From assembly GCA_012295275.1 (NCBI GenBank), contig CM022673.1:8990001-9054000 (forward strand): 64,000 nucleotides of DNA. The letters are read 5' to 3'. This DNA is from Chrysomallon squamiferum. Lineage: Eukaryota; Animalia; Mollusca. A program made the translations under genes and the position numbers. Shown one piece after another: positions 36,640-46,625 of the stretch. The stretch's first letter is position 1. Every line of letters starts with the position of its first letter. Below the pieces are notes generated by a model that searched no databases, was not told the origin of the DNA, and was given only the letters and a program-made list of their open reading frames with translations.

Positions 36640-38360
36640 TTTATATGATGCAATTCAAATTATCTTTTATTTTTAAAAGTTATATTTTTTTCAGATCTTT
36701 AAGTGTATGGGATTTCAGGAAACTGAAACCTAAGTCCAGTGTTCCCATAGCAACCCTAAAACATGGAAGATCGGTCAACTCTGCCTACTTTTCACCAATC
36801 ACTGGCAACAAGGTCTTGTCTTCTTCCTCAGACGATACAATAAAGTAAGATAACTCTTGTAATTTAAGAGGAGGTAATTCTGTGTATGTTCATTATTGAC
36901 ATTTTGACTTTTTAGTCATTCTACAAAATTATTATTTATTTATTTATTTATTTATTTAGTAGTAGTAGTAGTGGTAGTACTTTATTATTATTTATTTATT
37001 TATTTATTATTTTATTTTATTTTATTTTATTTTATTATTTCTTTTACAAACAAATCTTAATATTAATTAATATTTATATATTTTATAGATAATTTCTATA
37101 ATTTATCTTTTTAATTTACGGCTTTTATTTTTCTTTTCATAAATTTTCCTCCTTGAATTTTCTATGATTAGTGTAACCAATTAGTAATTTAAAAATTCTA
37201 TCTGTTTAATGTTTTCTGTTTCCCAGTATCTTCAATACTACCAAAATGACTGAGGATATTGCATGGGTACATAAAATAAAGTATGTATACACTTTCTTTT
37301 TCTTTTTTTTTTTTTTTTTCCATTTTTTTTTCATTTTTCCAGGTCTTTAGCACAGGTAGCTTTGCTTGCAATTTATGCATATATTAACATCTGCCTCTTA
37401 TAAACAAATGAGTTGAAATTGTTTTGTATCCATTTCAGTCATTATTTTCTTTATTTCTGGCAACTACATTTTTTTACAAAGAAATAAGTGGAAATGAAAT
37501 TAAGAAAAACAACTTACTAATTGAATAAATCAAGAAAAATGGATAGCATAATCCACATTATTGGAGAATTTTATCAATATTTTTGATGGAAATGATTCAC
37601 TTCATAAAAGAAAAATGTTGGCCTCTTTATTCTTATTTTACCAAAATTATACAAACCAAAACGATCACTTGTAAATATTTAGTATTAGTAAGGAGAATAT
37701 TTTCTCTGGCTATCATCCATCTATTAATCTGTATCACTTTATGAATAATTTAAAACTTAATGTTTCTCTGATAATTTTTTTTTTTTTATTCTTCAGACAT
37801 AATAACAATGTTGGACGATGGCTGACAAAGTTTCGACCTGAGTGGCATCCTTCTCGAGAAGACCTTTTTGTTACTGGCAGCATGAATCAGCCAAGACGTG
37901 TATGTGATATACAGTTTGTGTCTGTCTGTCTGTCTGTCTGTGTATAACTGTCACTATTACTATTTTTTAATTTGTTCTATTTTAACTGTTACCCTTAGTA
38001 AAAAATTTTTTATATAATCATCAATTTTATTACGGTTTTTGTTATAATTATTATTTTTTTTTTTTAATTAATATCATTATTGTTTACATCGTTAATAAAA
38101 TTACTTTGATCACTTTTTATAATCATATCATTATGTTTTATTATTAATGTCATCATCATCACCATCAACATCATCAGCTCTAGCTGACAATGTATAATCA
38201 TTACATTACACAGATTGAGATATTTTCTGATGCCGGTAAGCTGATCAGCAACTTTTTCGGTGATGGCTTGAATTCAGCTACTTCCATCAACGTCATTCAT
38301 CCACATCGTAACATCCTCGCAGGTGGCAACTCCAGTGGCAGAGTTCATGTTTTCATGTAA
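14117..38360 (+). CDS. WDR76: WD repeat-containing protein 76 (CMR1 orthologue), 16 coding exons, ~602 aa
   Basis: Phase-consistent GT-AG exons: 14117-14176, 14429-14494, 30124-30302, 30682-30793, 31230-31313, 32123-32187, 32542-32653, 33348-33493, 34555-34708, 35035-35187, 35606-35727, 36118-36219, 36695-36844, 37227-37280, 37797-37899, 38214-38360(TAA). Family motifs: LSYEKMRLKNLQENAEFLASLG, TRRSLR, KVVKERIFSLAIHPSEQKILVAAGDKWGNLGFWD, TSSYDGTLRCGDF, VNSAYFSPITG, HNNNVGRWLTKFRPEWHP, LAGGNSSGRVHVFM. The first three exons are less certain. Confidence 0.92.
14429..14494 (+). CDS. WDR76: Putative WDR76 exon 2 (KRGRKWARVPNVPTFLQVTVTR)
   Basis: tag acceptor, GTGAGT donor, phase 0-0, open frame. 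Confidence 0.55.
15480..17900 (-). mobile_element. Decayed DNA-transposon-like ORF, superfamily unresolved
   Basis: Broken minus-strand frames with TMTDQCATNAAVENQL, LVGMRQQSDGYASDY and FIGNHFHILFLDAGLAFYY; coding-like composition inside an intron; many stops and frameshifts. Confidence 0.45.
17316..17675 (-). mobile_element. 360-bp copy of the 5' part of the Tc1/mariner transposase, flanked by a 66-bp direct duplication
   Basis: Near-identical to 19580-19939; flanks 17244-17309 = 17673-17738. Confidence 0.9.
17950..18560 (-). mobile_element. Ginger/GIN-like (Gypsy-type integrase) relic
   Basis: Integrase Zn-binding HHCC-type motif CHAVDCLHGHFGRDNTIKTVTQHFFWLGIISDVRNYVRTCDVSQ preceded by YPGGLSKTQK; no RT/RNaseH seen; frameshifted. 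Confidence 0.7.
18905..19980 (-). mobile_element. Internally deleted Tc1/mariner (DUF4817-HTH type) element with a triplicated 3' segment
   Basis: TA|CAGGGTGGTCC terminal at 18903-18915; N-terminal HTH (VQRQ..CEF..KIPHCNTIRRLIEKFRDTGSV); C-terminal PHSPPDYFLWGYLKDRVY motif; most of the catalytic region missing. Confidence 0.88.
20200..22400 (-). mobile_element. Decayed Sola2-like transposase
   Basis: QDFAENFSCWYQDEAQGAPWGHNLVTLH, SNDLKH..DAVHAF, YFSDRVPTQYKNK, CLCKYCANVDLKL and ISKAKFRQLR; this motif set matches my recollection of Sola2. Confidence 0.75.
22450..24110 (-). mobile_element. Decayed Kolobok/Mutator-like (Pfam Mutator-type) transposase
   Basis: RYVTMLSNSDGKTF..VY...KLEKEECV and CLKGKTQNSNESLHAIIWQKYPK motifs; frameshifted. 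Confidence 0.72.
24110..24430 (-). mobile_element. Probable N-terminal part of the Sola2-like ORF, separated by the nested insertion
   Basis: Basic KKKRSGAESTRDWKLKLKTMDPEKY segment in the same orientation, directly upstream of the inserted element. Confidence 0.45.
24680..29330 (-). mobile_element. Scrambled array of fragments of a second Sola2-like transposase
   Basis: About 7 copies of ttgttttccc.tgaaaa...ttttggtaaaatagttt, which encode the ENYFTK..VQ.FHWENKQATL segment; 25119-25720 duplicated at ~28665-29320. Confidence 0.75.
28360..30055. repeat. Two diverged direct copies of a ~230-bp transposon-terminal-like sequence (28360-28620 and 29845-30055)
   Basis: Shared tttatcttg.accta.caagga...caaattagctttcca.tgaca...aaaactactg.tctga.tgaac...ccaaact.tattt.agc. 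Confidence 0.7.
30124..30302 (+). CDS. WDR76: WDR76 exon 3 (charged N-terminal region; acceptor uncertain, alternative start at 30178)
   Basis: ORF 30088..30336; GTTAGT donor in phase with the next exon. Confidence 0.7.
30682..30793 (+). CDS. WDR76: WDR76 exon 4 (SEQVGQD...DPETEEE)
   Basis: tttcag acceptor, GT donor, phase fits. Confidence 0.8.
31230..31313 (+). CDS. WDR76: WDR76 exon 5 (EEILSYEKMRLKNLQENAEFLASLGIEK)
   Basis: Conserved N-terminal helix of WDR76/CMR1. Confidence 0.92.
32123..32187 (+). CDS. WDR76: WDR76 exon 6 (AKENLKRKTTNSKESVHKKLK)
   Basis: GT-AG, phase fits. Confidence 0.85.
32542..32653 (+). CDS. WDR76: WDR76 exon 7 (YKKEVQTEPTRRSLRV...YVEK)
   Basis: RRSLR motif, GT-AG. 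Confidence 0.88.
32608..32857 (+). repeat. ~70-bp tandem repeat spanning the 3' end and donor site of WDR76 exon 7
   Basis: Four decaying copies of aatgtgatagaagttccc...gaacacat...gttgaaaaagtaa. Confidence 0.85.
33348..33493 (+). CDS. WDR76: WDR76 exon 8 (LRHPPGPLVM...)
   Basis: GT-AG, phase fits. Confidence 0.85.
34555..34708 (+). CDS. WDR76: WDR76 exon 9 (first WD40 repeat, ...AAGDKWGNLGFWDV)
   Basis: Family-diagnostic motif. Confidence 0.95.
35035..35187 (+). CDS. WDR76: WDR76 exon 10 (...VYTSSYDGTLRCGDF...)
   Basis: WD40 motif, GT-AG. Confidence 0.95.
35606..35727 (+). CDS. WDR76: WDR76 exon 11 (...AQSDGCIAVVDQRTAG)
   Basis: WD40 motif, GT-AG. Confidence 0.92.
36118..36219 (+). CDS. 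WDR76: WDR76 exon 12 (...FDIHPVNKNYFVTGSTDG)
   Basis: WD40 motif, GT-AG. Confidence 0.93.
36695..36844 (+). CDS. WDR76: WDR76 exon 13 (SVWDFRKLK...VNSAYFSPITGNKVLSSSSDDTI)
   Basis: WD40 motif, GT-AG. Confidence 0.95.
37227..37280 (+). CDS. WDR76: WDR76 exon 14 (IFNTTKMTEDIAWVHKI)
   Basis: 54-nt exon, phase 2-2, completes the WD blade. Confidence 0.8.
37797..37899 (+). CDS. WDR76: WDR76 exon 15 (HNNNVGRWLTKFRPEWHPSREDLFVTGSMNQPRR)
   Basis: Family-diagnostic motif. Confidence 0.95.
38214..38360 (+). CDS. WDR76: WDR76 terminal exon (IEIFSD...LAGGNSSGRVHVFM*)
   Basis: Conserved C-terminus, TAA at 38358-38360. Confidence 0.95.
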   Translation: MEIFSDAGKLISNFFGDGLNSATSINVIHPHRNILAGGNSSGRVHVFM

Positions 38361-38470
38361 CACAAATATCAAACATTTTTGAAATAATAAGTGAAGAACA
38401 CTGCAGTGGTGCCATATCCATGAATCGTACATAAAGATTTTATTTCTTGTCACATTTCACCTTTGAAAAG

Positions 38471-38476
38471 AATAAA
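38471..38476 (+). terminator. Probable polyadenylation signal of WDR76
   Basis: AATAAA ~110 nt after the stop, followed by a T/GT-rich tract. Confidence 0.6.
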
Positions 38477-38556
38477 GTTCATTTAAAAGTATCGTAACTG
38501 AATTTGTATTATTTTATTATTACTGTTATGTATTGTGTTATTTTATTGTTGTTATA

Positions 38557-38612
<56 letters not shown>

Positions 38613-40241
38613 CTTCATCATCAAGAAATGACCAAAAATATATTTTATGAAATATAATCATAGCCATAATATTTGTTATAATATAATATTTTTGTTTCTT
38701 TCATTATTGATCATCACTTTTTTTTTTTTTTTTTTCACTAATATTAACACTAATAAATCAAAAGGTACTTAATAATATCTATATACTCCAACAGAAGTTT
38801 TAAAACGTTTTTCAAACAATACACCTTGGATAAAATGATTCGGTATAGTCTATTAATATATGAGCAAAATGTGCACAGAACTTAAAATGGATAAAATGAA
38901 AACAAAATTATAATTTCTAAACAAAACATAAAATGGTTTGGGCTCATTCTTGAGGGTTAGGCAATATATTTAACTATCCTTCTGTACAAATGTTGCTTTT
39001 ACCTTTTGCAAATGCCATTACTGAATTTTGTTTGTGTTTGCCTAGGCTATGTCCATCACAGTGTGAAAAACGTTTATGTTACGTTGACAAATTTGATTTG
39101 ACACCAGTAGTTTAGGTCTGTTGCACAGTAATAACGATGAATTAGTTCCATACAAAGTGACGTGATATTATTACATTAGCAATTATTTCTACTGTGCTTT
39201 AATTATTGATGAATTTCAGCTTGTTAACTTATAAATTAATTTAAAACAAAACACACATACGCACGTATTTCCAAGTGAAACACTGTCAAATGCAGCTTTA
39301 CTGAGTTAAAAAAAAAAAAAAAAAACATTACAGCTTCTGATGAATATAAATTTGATAATTAAATTATAATGATTTTACTCTGATGTATATCAAAAATATT
39401 TCAGAAGAAAAAAATGAGTAGCACATTGACATCATGAGCGGATAACTTCACGTTAATGTGTCTGCAAGGTAAATGTGGAGATTAAAATACGAAAACAAGT
39501 GACTATTGAAATGTTTGCACTCACTTGGGCGAGATGAGTCATACAAGACATTGTAATATAGTAAATAACCCTAATGTAATTTTACACTGACTAAAGATGT
39601 CTCACATTAGTGCCAGACGAATGTGCTAGCTGGGAAGTATGTTAATAAAATAAAAAAATGTCTTGATTCACCGATTGTGACAGCATAACTATCCGTTTGC
39701 AAATGGTCCTTTGTATTTATTAGGTATTTACTTACAATATCAGGTTTTGTTGACGTAATGCTGTTTTAACTTTTGTTGATGTAAATTAAAATATATTTTT
39801 ACACTGGAATTTATATTCGTGCATTTTGCATCATTTGTGGTTAGGCCAGATTTAAAAAAGAAAACTTGTTTCGCGTCCCCTGTTTCTCAAACCTGTATTT
39901 TTTTTTTTTTTATTATTATTTTTTTTATAAGATAAATGAGTAAAGTCTTAAAAACAATGTTTTCCCGCCAATTACAGTGTCCGTAATCACCGACAGACTT
40001 GATCTGACGACAACATACTTGCGCATTAATATCGACACCATTTGTTTTCAGTTTGAATATTGTCAAGTCATAAAATAGTAACAGGAAGGTTCAGACATCT
40101 TTTGTCATGTCTGAATAGAAGAAAAATGTCATGCTGTATATCTTCCAAAGAAAATATTTTGTTATATATATATAAATTGTATATATATATATATAGATGT
40201 TCATGTTTACAGTCATCGATGAAATAAACGTTACCTTAAAA

Positions 40242-40398
40242 CAGTCGTGGGCAAATTGCGTCCCGCGCGGCTTTCTGAGTCGTCCGCCTAATTTCACAAG
40301 GAATAATAAAATTTACGATTAAATTAGTACCTGCGGCCCGCCTGAGGATGAGCCATGTCTCATGTGGCCCGCTTCTCGAAAAAGGTTACCCATGCCTG
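40242..40398. mobile_element. hAT (Charlie-like) MITE, 157 bp
   Basis: Imperfect TIRs CAGTCGTGGGCAAA / GGTTACCCATGCCTG, GCGGCCCG subterminal motifs, 8-bp TSD ccttaaaa / cctttaaa. Confidence 0.75.
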
Positions 40399-43166
40399 CC
40401 TTTAAAAAAAGAAGAGGTACAGATACCGGACCAATTATCCTGACTCCTTGGGGCCTGAGGCAAACCGATTTTTCTGGATTTTCCGCGGGTTTTTTTGGTA
40501 CCAAGGCATCTAAATACGTAAATAATTAGGCATAAACATTTTAAAATTTAAAACATAAAGAAAACTGACAATACACAACTGTGGTGACTCGACACGTAAA
40601 CAATGCGGCGAGTGAATGAATGCCACGCGGCTTGAAAGAGTAGTTCCGGTATGGTGAGGACAATATCCGCGCGCGCGAACTATGAAAATAGCGTCGGGGA
40701 TAAAACGTCCGGTTTTCTGGTCTTTCCGGATTTCCGGATGCCGGATAATTGGTATAACAATTCTGGATAAAGAATCATCCAGGTCTATATTATGCACTGT
40801 GTAGATTACCGAATTAATTATACAGACGTCGACTCGTTGTGGTGATCGTATCAATAGCTTAGAAACTGAGAAGAAAATCTTCAGTAGGCCTGTTAAGGCC
40901 TTTTTACTTTACATTATGTCACTTATCACATAACCAGCATTAAACAAAGGTTTAACACCTATGATTGTAAACATTAAATGTGATTAATAGATATCAATGC
41001 ATATACGATGTGACACGAGCCCTGGGAGGTACTTGAAAGTAAGGGGGCGCTACTGGCCAGTTTTATGTTGACGTTACTTGAAATGTAAGCTGCGTGTGTT
41101 TGGAAACGGGTGAAATTCCAGTGGTTGCCAAAGGCGCTCGTTACCGGGTTATGGCCCGTAAATTAGATAAACTTGCATAAATGGTCCGTAAATGAATTCT
41201 GCGTCACAAGACAGGTTGATGTGTACGAATTACCATCTATCTACGTCCCGATACTCGTTAAATATCCATTTTCCTGGCTGACTGAGAATGAAGTAAAAAG
41301 TTAACAACGAACTGATTAGCAGTAAGAATTCGTTTTCTGGTAATGTTGTGGATATTACAAATTAATCAAATAAAATACTTTTTTCTAAAAACAAAACTAT
41401 ATGCAGTAATATCGGCTCCAACCTAAACTTTAACCACACTGATGTAAATCTCTTCTTCAGTCGACGGTTAATGTGTCTATGTTAAATTGTCCAATTTAAA
41501 GATAGCATAATAATTTTATAATATAGCATAATAATATCATGGGTTAACAAAACGCACGAATATAAATGCCAGTATAAAAATATATCTTAAGTAACATCAA
41601 TGGACGGTAAAGCAATATTACGGCCACCTATCCTGATAGTGTTAACGAATACCTAGTAAATTCAAAGGACCGTTTAAAAGTTAATTTTAAATAACCGTCA
41701 AAGATTATCTCAGTCGATAGAATGTAGCTTGAAAGCATCAGGTTTCCACTTTCATACAGTCACGTTTTGTATTCGAGAAGGATAAAAAGCCAAAAATAGA
41801 ACATAGTGAATGATTGTAAACAGCTGTGACATAACTTCGTCACTCTAGTGTGTTTATATAATCTCCAGGTAAATTATAAAAATAAATAAATAAATAAAGA
41901 TATGATATAAAATTGGTGATATGCGGTGTTTTTTAAATGTACACCCCTCCCAAAAAAAAAAAATAATAATAAATGAAATAATAATAATAATAATAATAAT
42001 AATACTAATACTAATAATAATAATAATAATAATACTAATAAATAATAATAATAATAATAAATAAATAAATAAATAATGATGATAATTAATTAAAAATAGT
42101 AATAATAACTATAATGATAATAATAATGATGATGATGATGATGATGATGATAAAAAATTGCAGACACTTTCTAATCAGTATTCTGTAATTGTCATTTTAG
42201 ACCGTTAAATGTAATGTTACGTTGAATTACGTAGAAAAGAAATGAACCCATTTGTCAGTACATTATGTTAGTGTCCGTTCTTGCATTTTTGACATTTCCG
42301 TTGGCATAAAGAGATAGTTCATTTGCCTTTTTAAAAATAAACCATTATCAGTTCCAGAATTATTCATTAACTAGCATCACAGGATCTTTGATTTGCCTTT
42401 TTCATATAACAGCAATTTATCATCATCTATAAAGCCTGAACGATGTTAATACGGTTGTAATCTAAAGTATAAAAGTGTGATAAGAATGTGCTGCTTTATA
42501 ACAACAAAGACTACTATTACACAGTGGGGTGGAACGGGAAATATGTTTATAAAAAAAAAAGAAAAAAGAAATACGAATACACAACTCTGCGGCCTGCTTG
42601 CTATGCGTCTGTTGTATGCGCTTTAACCATTTTATGATCCAGAATTATTCACCAATTGAGAACGTAATAAGATACAACATCGAAGGAAATTTAGTTTATG
42701 GGCGAAATGGCACAGCGACAAATGTTCTTTATTCTGGATTTTTTTTTTTTTTTTTTTTTTATCACGACTAACACCTGAGTTTATTTATTACCAGTGACAA
42801 ATAGATAGATTTATTGTTTTATTATTTGTATACAAGACATAAATGCCCACTTGAGCATTGTCAACAATGAGCCTTCGTAACAGACTGTCCACGTGTCTTC
42901 CCACAGCTTAATGTCAAACATGATCAGTCAAACCAGTATAAACGCAATAGATGCTTCTTGCCTCATATTTCACAGTGACAGTATGTTGTGTGTTTCAGAT
43001 GAAGTCAAAGAAGAAATATTGTTAATCTCAATTCATGTGGGTTTTACGGTTAAGTGCCAACCTTAGAGTAAACATTCTCGACTCGATCGATACCAGTTAT
43101 GTATATTTCAATATTCATCTTTTACTTTTTTAAGTAAAAAAAAAAAAAAAAAAAAAATTATTATTA

Positions 43167-43201
<35 letters not shown>

Positions 43202-43260
43202 CATTAGTTGTTGTACTAACAGCAGCAGTAATAAAAGTAGTAGTAGTAGAAGTAGTTGCT

Positions 43261-43310
43261 GTTGCCGAAGTACTGAAGCTGCGGTGTCTAAGCTTCAGTA
43301 CTTCGGCAAC
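43261..43310. repeat. Perfect 20-bp inverted repeat with a 10-nt loop
   Basis: GTTGCCGAAGTACTGAAGCT-gcggtgtcta-AGCTTCAGTACTTCGGCAAC. Confidence 0.95.
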
Positions 43311-43458
43311 GACAACAACAACTACTAGTACTACTATTACTATACTACTTACCTTTACTACCATTACCACTACTGTTATTACTGCTACTACTACTACTTC
43401 TACTACCTTTGTCTACCACTATTATAACTACTACTACAGCTACTACCCGATAACAACA

Positions 43459-43489
<31 letters not shown>

Positions 43490-43599
43490 ATAATAATAAT
43501 AATAATAATAATATGAAATAATTTACAACAGCGTTAATTCTGTATGTACAAACAGCACAGACAATTTCATGCGTCAGACTAAACTTTTTTTTTCTCTCT

Positions 43600-43767
43600 C
43601 TCTCGCTCTTCAATATCTGCCGTTGGCCAATCCGCTGTCGTTCAGTACGACACCACTGGCTAAATGCGACGTGACGCATGTGGGAGTGAGCGTTGTTGTG
43701 AATTGCCTCGGTACGAACTGATCGAATAGAGCCGAAAGCAGACTTCATCTTCTCCAGCGAATTTCAG
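43600..43767 (+). promoter_or_regulatory. Putative promoter and non-coding first exon of the downstream type II membrane protein gene
   Basis: CpG-rich island with CRE-like GACGTGACGCA, ending in a strong CAG|GTAAGC donor at 43767/43768. Confidence 0.5.
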
Positions 43768-44275
43768 GTAAGCGAAAGAACAGATTATTATTATTTTTTT
43801 TTTTTTATATTAATATACAGCAGAATCAAACCTAGACCTTGCGGGCAGATTTATTTTGTACATCTTTCGTTGAAAAAATAAATAAATAAATAAATAACGG
43901 ACTTCACTAATGAGTTTCGAATTAAGGTATTTTGCTTGATAAAACGAAGGACTGTTTTTGAAAAATACCGTGCGCAGGTGAAAATCCATGGCAACGCTTT
44001 CTGTCGAGAAACAATGGACGACCAAGGCGATCCCAATTACGGCCTGTAACAAAGCTTTTCGCGTCGTTATTCGCGTTTCTTCAGTAAGATAGAGAGATCG
44101 GAAAGAATTTCTGACAAATAAATAAAACAGTAAGATGCAGTTTTTTTTATATTTTTTCTTTCAGATATCAAAAAGTCGATATCGTTATTTATTAAACCAT
44201 TAACACAATGAAAGACTTATTTTATTATTATTTTTATTATTATTATTATTGTTATTATTATTATTAGTAGTAGTA

Positions 44276-44327
<52 letters not shown>

Positions 44328-44383
44328 TATTTATTTTTTTATTTTAATATATTTTATTTTATTTTATTTTATTTTATTTTATT

Positions 44384-44430
<47 letters not shown>

Positions 44431-44649
44431 TTTTTTGTGTCTGTGTGGTTAATTAAGATTTCCATTTGCTGCACCTGAAATCTCATTCTATAAACGAAAC
44501 GTGCTATGTGTTACCTGACGGACTGTTTCATTTTTCAGATATTGCGCATACACTTGTGTATGAGGGAGAATAAAAGTGTGCGCGTCTTTCTAATCAATAA
44601 CTTGTGCTAGGTCCGTATTGATTAGCAATATACTGTTAACTCGTCTTTC

Positions 44650-44682
<33 letters not shown>

Positions 44683-44713
44683 ATATCTATCTATCTGTCT
44701 GTCTATCTATCTG

Positions 44714-44744
<31 letters not shown>

Positions 44745-44761
44745 GTCTGTCTGTCTATCTA

Positions 44762-44833
<72 letters not shown>

Positions 44834-45009
44834 TCTATATCTACACACACAGACACACACACACACATACATCACATCTCGATGTTATGTAACATCTCTC
44901 GCTCAGATACCGCGGCTTTACTACTTCGGCAACAGCAACTGCTACCACTACTACTTTTATTACTGCCATTACAACTACTGCTGGTGGTACCACAACTAAT
45001 AATAATAAT

Positions 45010-45090
<81 letters not shown>
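44650..45090. repeat. (CTAT)n/(CTGT)n and (CA)n microsatellite cluster
   Basis: Directly visible. Confidence 0.9.
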
Positions 45091-45092
<2 letters not shown>

Positions 45093-46339
45093 TTTATAAT
45101 TTTTCAAGGGGCCTTTGTTTTTGCCGAAGGCTACATTAAGCTAACGACATTCTGCCGTTTTGCTGAAGGTGATAACTTTCCCAGTCACAACGTAGATGTT
45201 ACCAAGCGTCGCCGTCGTTCGTTCGCTGATGGATGTCGTGAAATGTCGTGTCGTTCCTCCGAGTGATATTCGTTACCTGAGAAAGAATGTGTCAAGCGCA
45301 CGTTAAGGACAGTACTTTACAATGTTAAAAACGGGAAAGTTTGCGGTCATATGTCAAAACGTAACACGGCGCTTCTATGGGTTTTTTTTTTTTTTTTAAT
45401 TTTTACTTTCTGTTGTTGTTGTTTTTTTTTTTTTTTTTTTTTTTTCTCCTGACAGTTAAATGCTGCAAGTACTTTTCGAGGCGAAATATGCGGACTTTTA
45501 TTTACCGTTTTTTTTTTTTTTTTTTTTTTCTTTTATCCTAACTGTTTGTGCCTCATTATAGAAACATAATTTAAGAAAAAAAAAAAAAAAAAAATTATAA
45601 TAATAACAACTGCAGCAAACAACAAACAACATATATATATATATATATTGATAATATTTTAAAGGTGTCTGTCCGTGAAATATAAAAGTTAATTTTGCTT
45701 AATACTTATATTACTTATATATATATATAAACTTTTTGTATTTTTTTTTTCTCTTTATTTTTCACATATTGACATTATTATCAAGTCAGTACTTATTTCG
45801 TGATCAGAATTAAAAACGTTCTGAATGGAATTAACTACCAAGTTAAACTGTTTAGTCCCTGGCGTTTTTCATGAGAAAGCATATTTTTATAGTAATCATT
45901 CAGGCTGCTTTTATATGTAAATTCTACTATGTTGCTCTACGCTGTAATTTTACAGTTTATGAGAGAATAAAAGTCGTCCGTTTTGACGTAGCAGTAAAGA
46001 CAAAAGAACATTTTCAGAATTACACGGTGGATCGTGTCTTTCTTTGACATGATGACCAAAGACTCTGCGGCCATTACAGGTGTCTGACAGTTTGCATGGC
46101 TGTTAGAAAATAATTAACTGTCTTGACTATGATGAATGTGTGCTCTAGTTTTATTTTTATAACTTTATTACAATGCTAAACTTCACTTTGTTTTAGTAGC
46201 GCGTGACACATAAACCAAACCGAAATAAACGCGTCCGTATTATTAATGTTGATTTACAGGGACTCGCTTTTTTGGCATAAATATTATGACAAGCATAATT
46301 TTCACCGCGAACTGTGGATTGAATCTCAAGGCAGATCCG

Positions 46340-46470
46340 TCTGGAATCGCTTTCGAAACAAATGGTGCCAGAACTACCAATCACTTTGAGGGATGGCATT
46401 CAAAACTGAAGACGATGAGCAGTAGTCATCCCAACATTTTTAAATTCGTAATTATGATTAAGAGACAATA
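46340..46470 (+). mobile_element. MULE (MuDR-type) transposase C-terminal relic
   Basis: RTTNHFEGWHSKL...SHPNIFKFV matches the RTNN..EGWH...HPNI motif of animal MULE transposases. Confidence 0.72.
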
Positions 46471-46625
46471 GGAGGCCTTTCTGGAAATCTTTGTTGAAAT
46501 CATAGATAGGATTAAGAGACAATAGGAGGCCTTTGTTGAAATCTTTGTTGAAATCACAGATAGGATTAAGAGACAATAGGAGGCCTTTGTTGAAATCTTT
46601 GTTGAAATCATAGATAGGATTAAGA
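46456..46625. repeat. 54-bp tandem repeat, 3 near-identical copies
   Basis: gattaagagacaataggaggcctttgttgaaatctttgttgaaatcatagatag starting at 46456, 46510 and 46564. Confidence 0.92.

Noticed and set aside
40510-40854. 114-aa GC-rich ORF
   Set aside because: Non-ATG start, no domain, overlaps repeat-like CCGGA motifs
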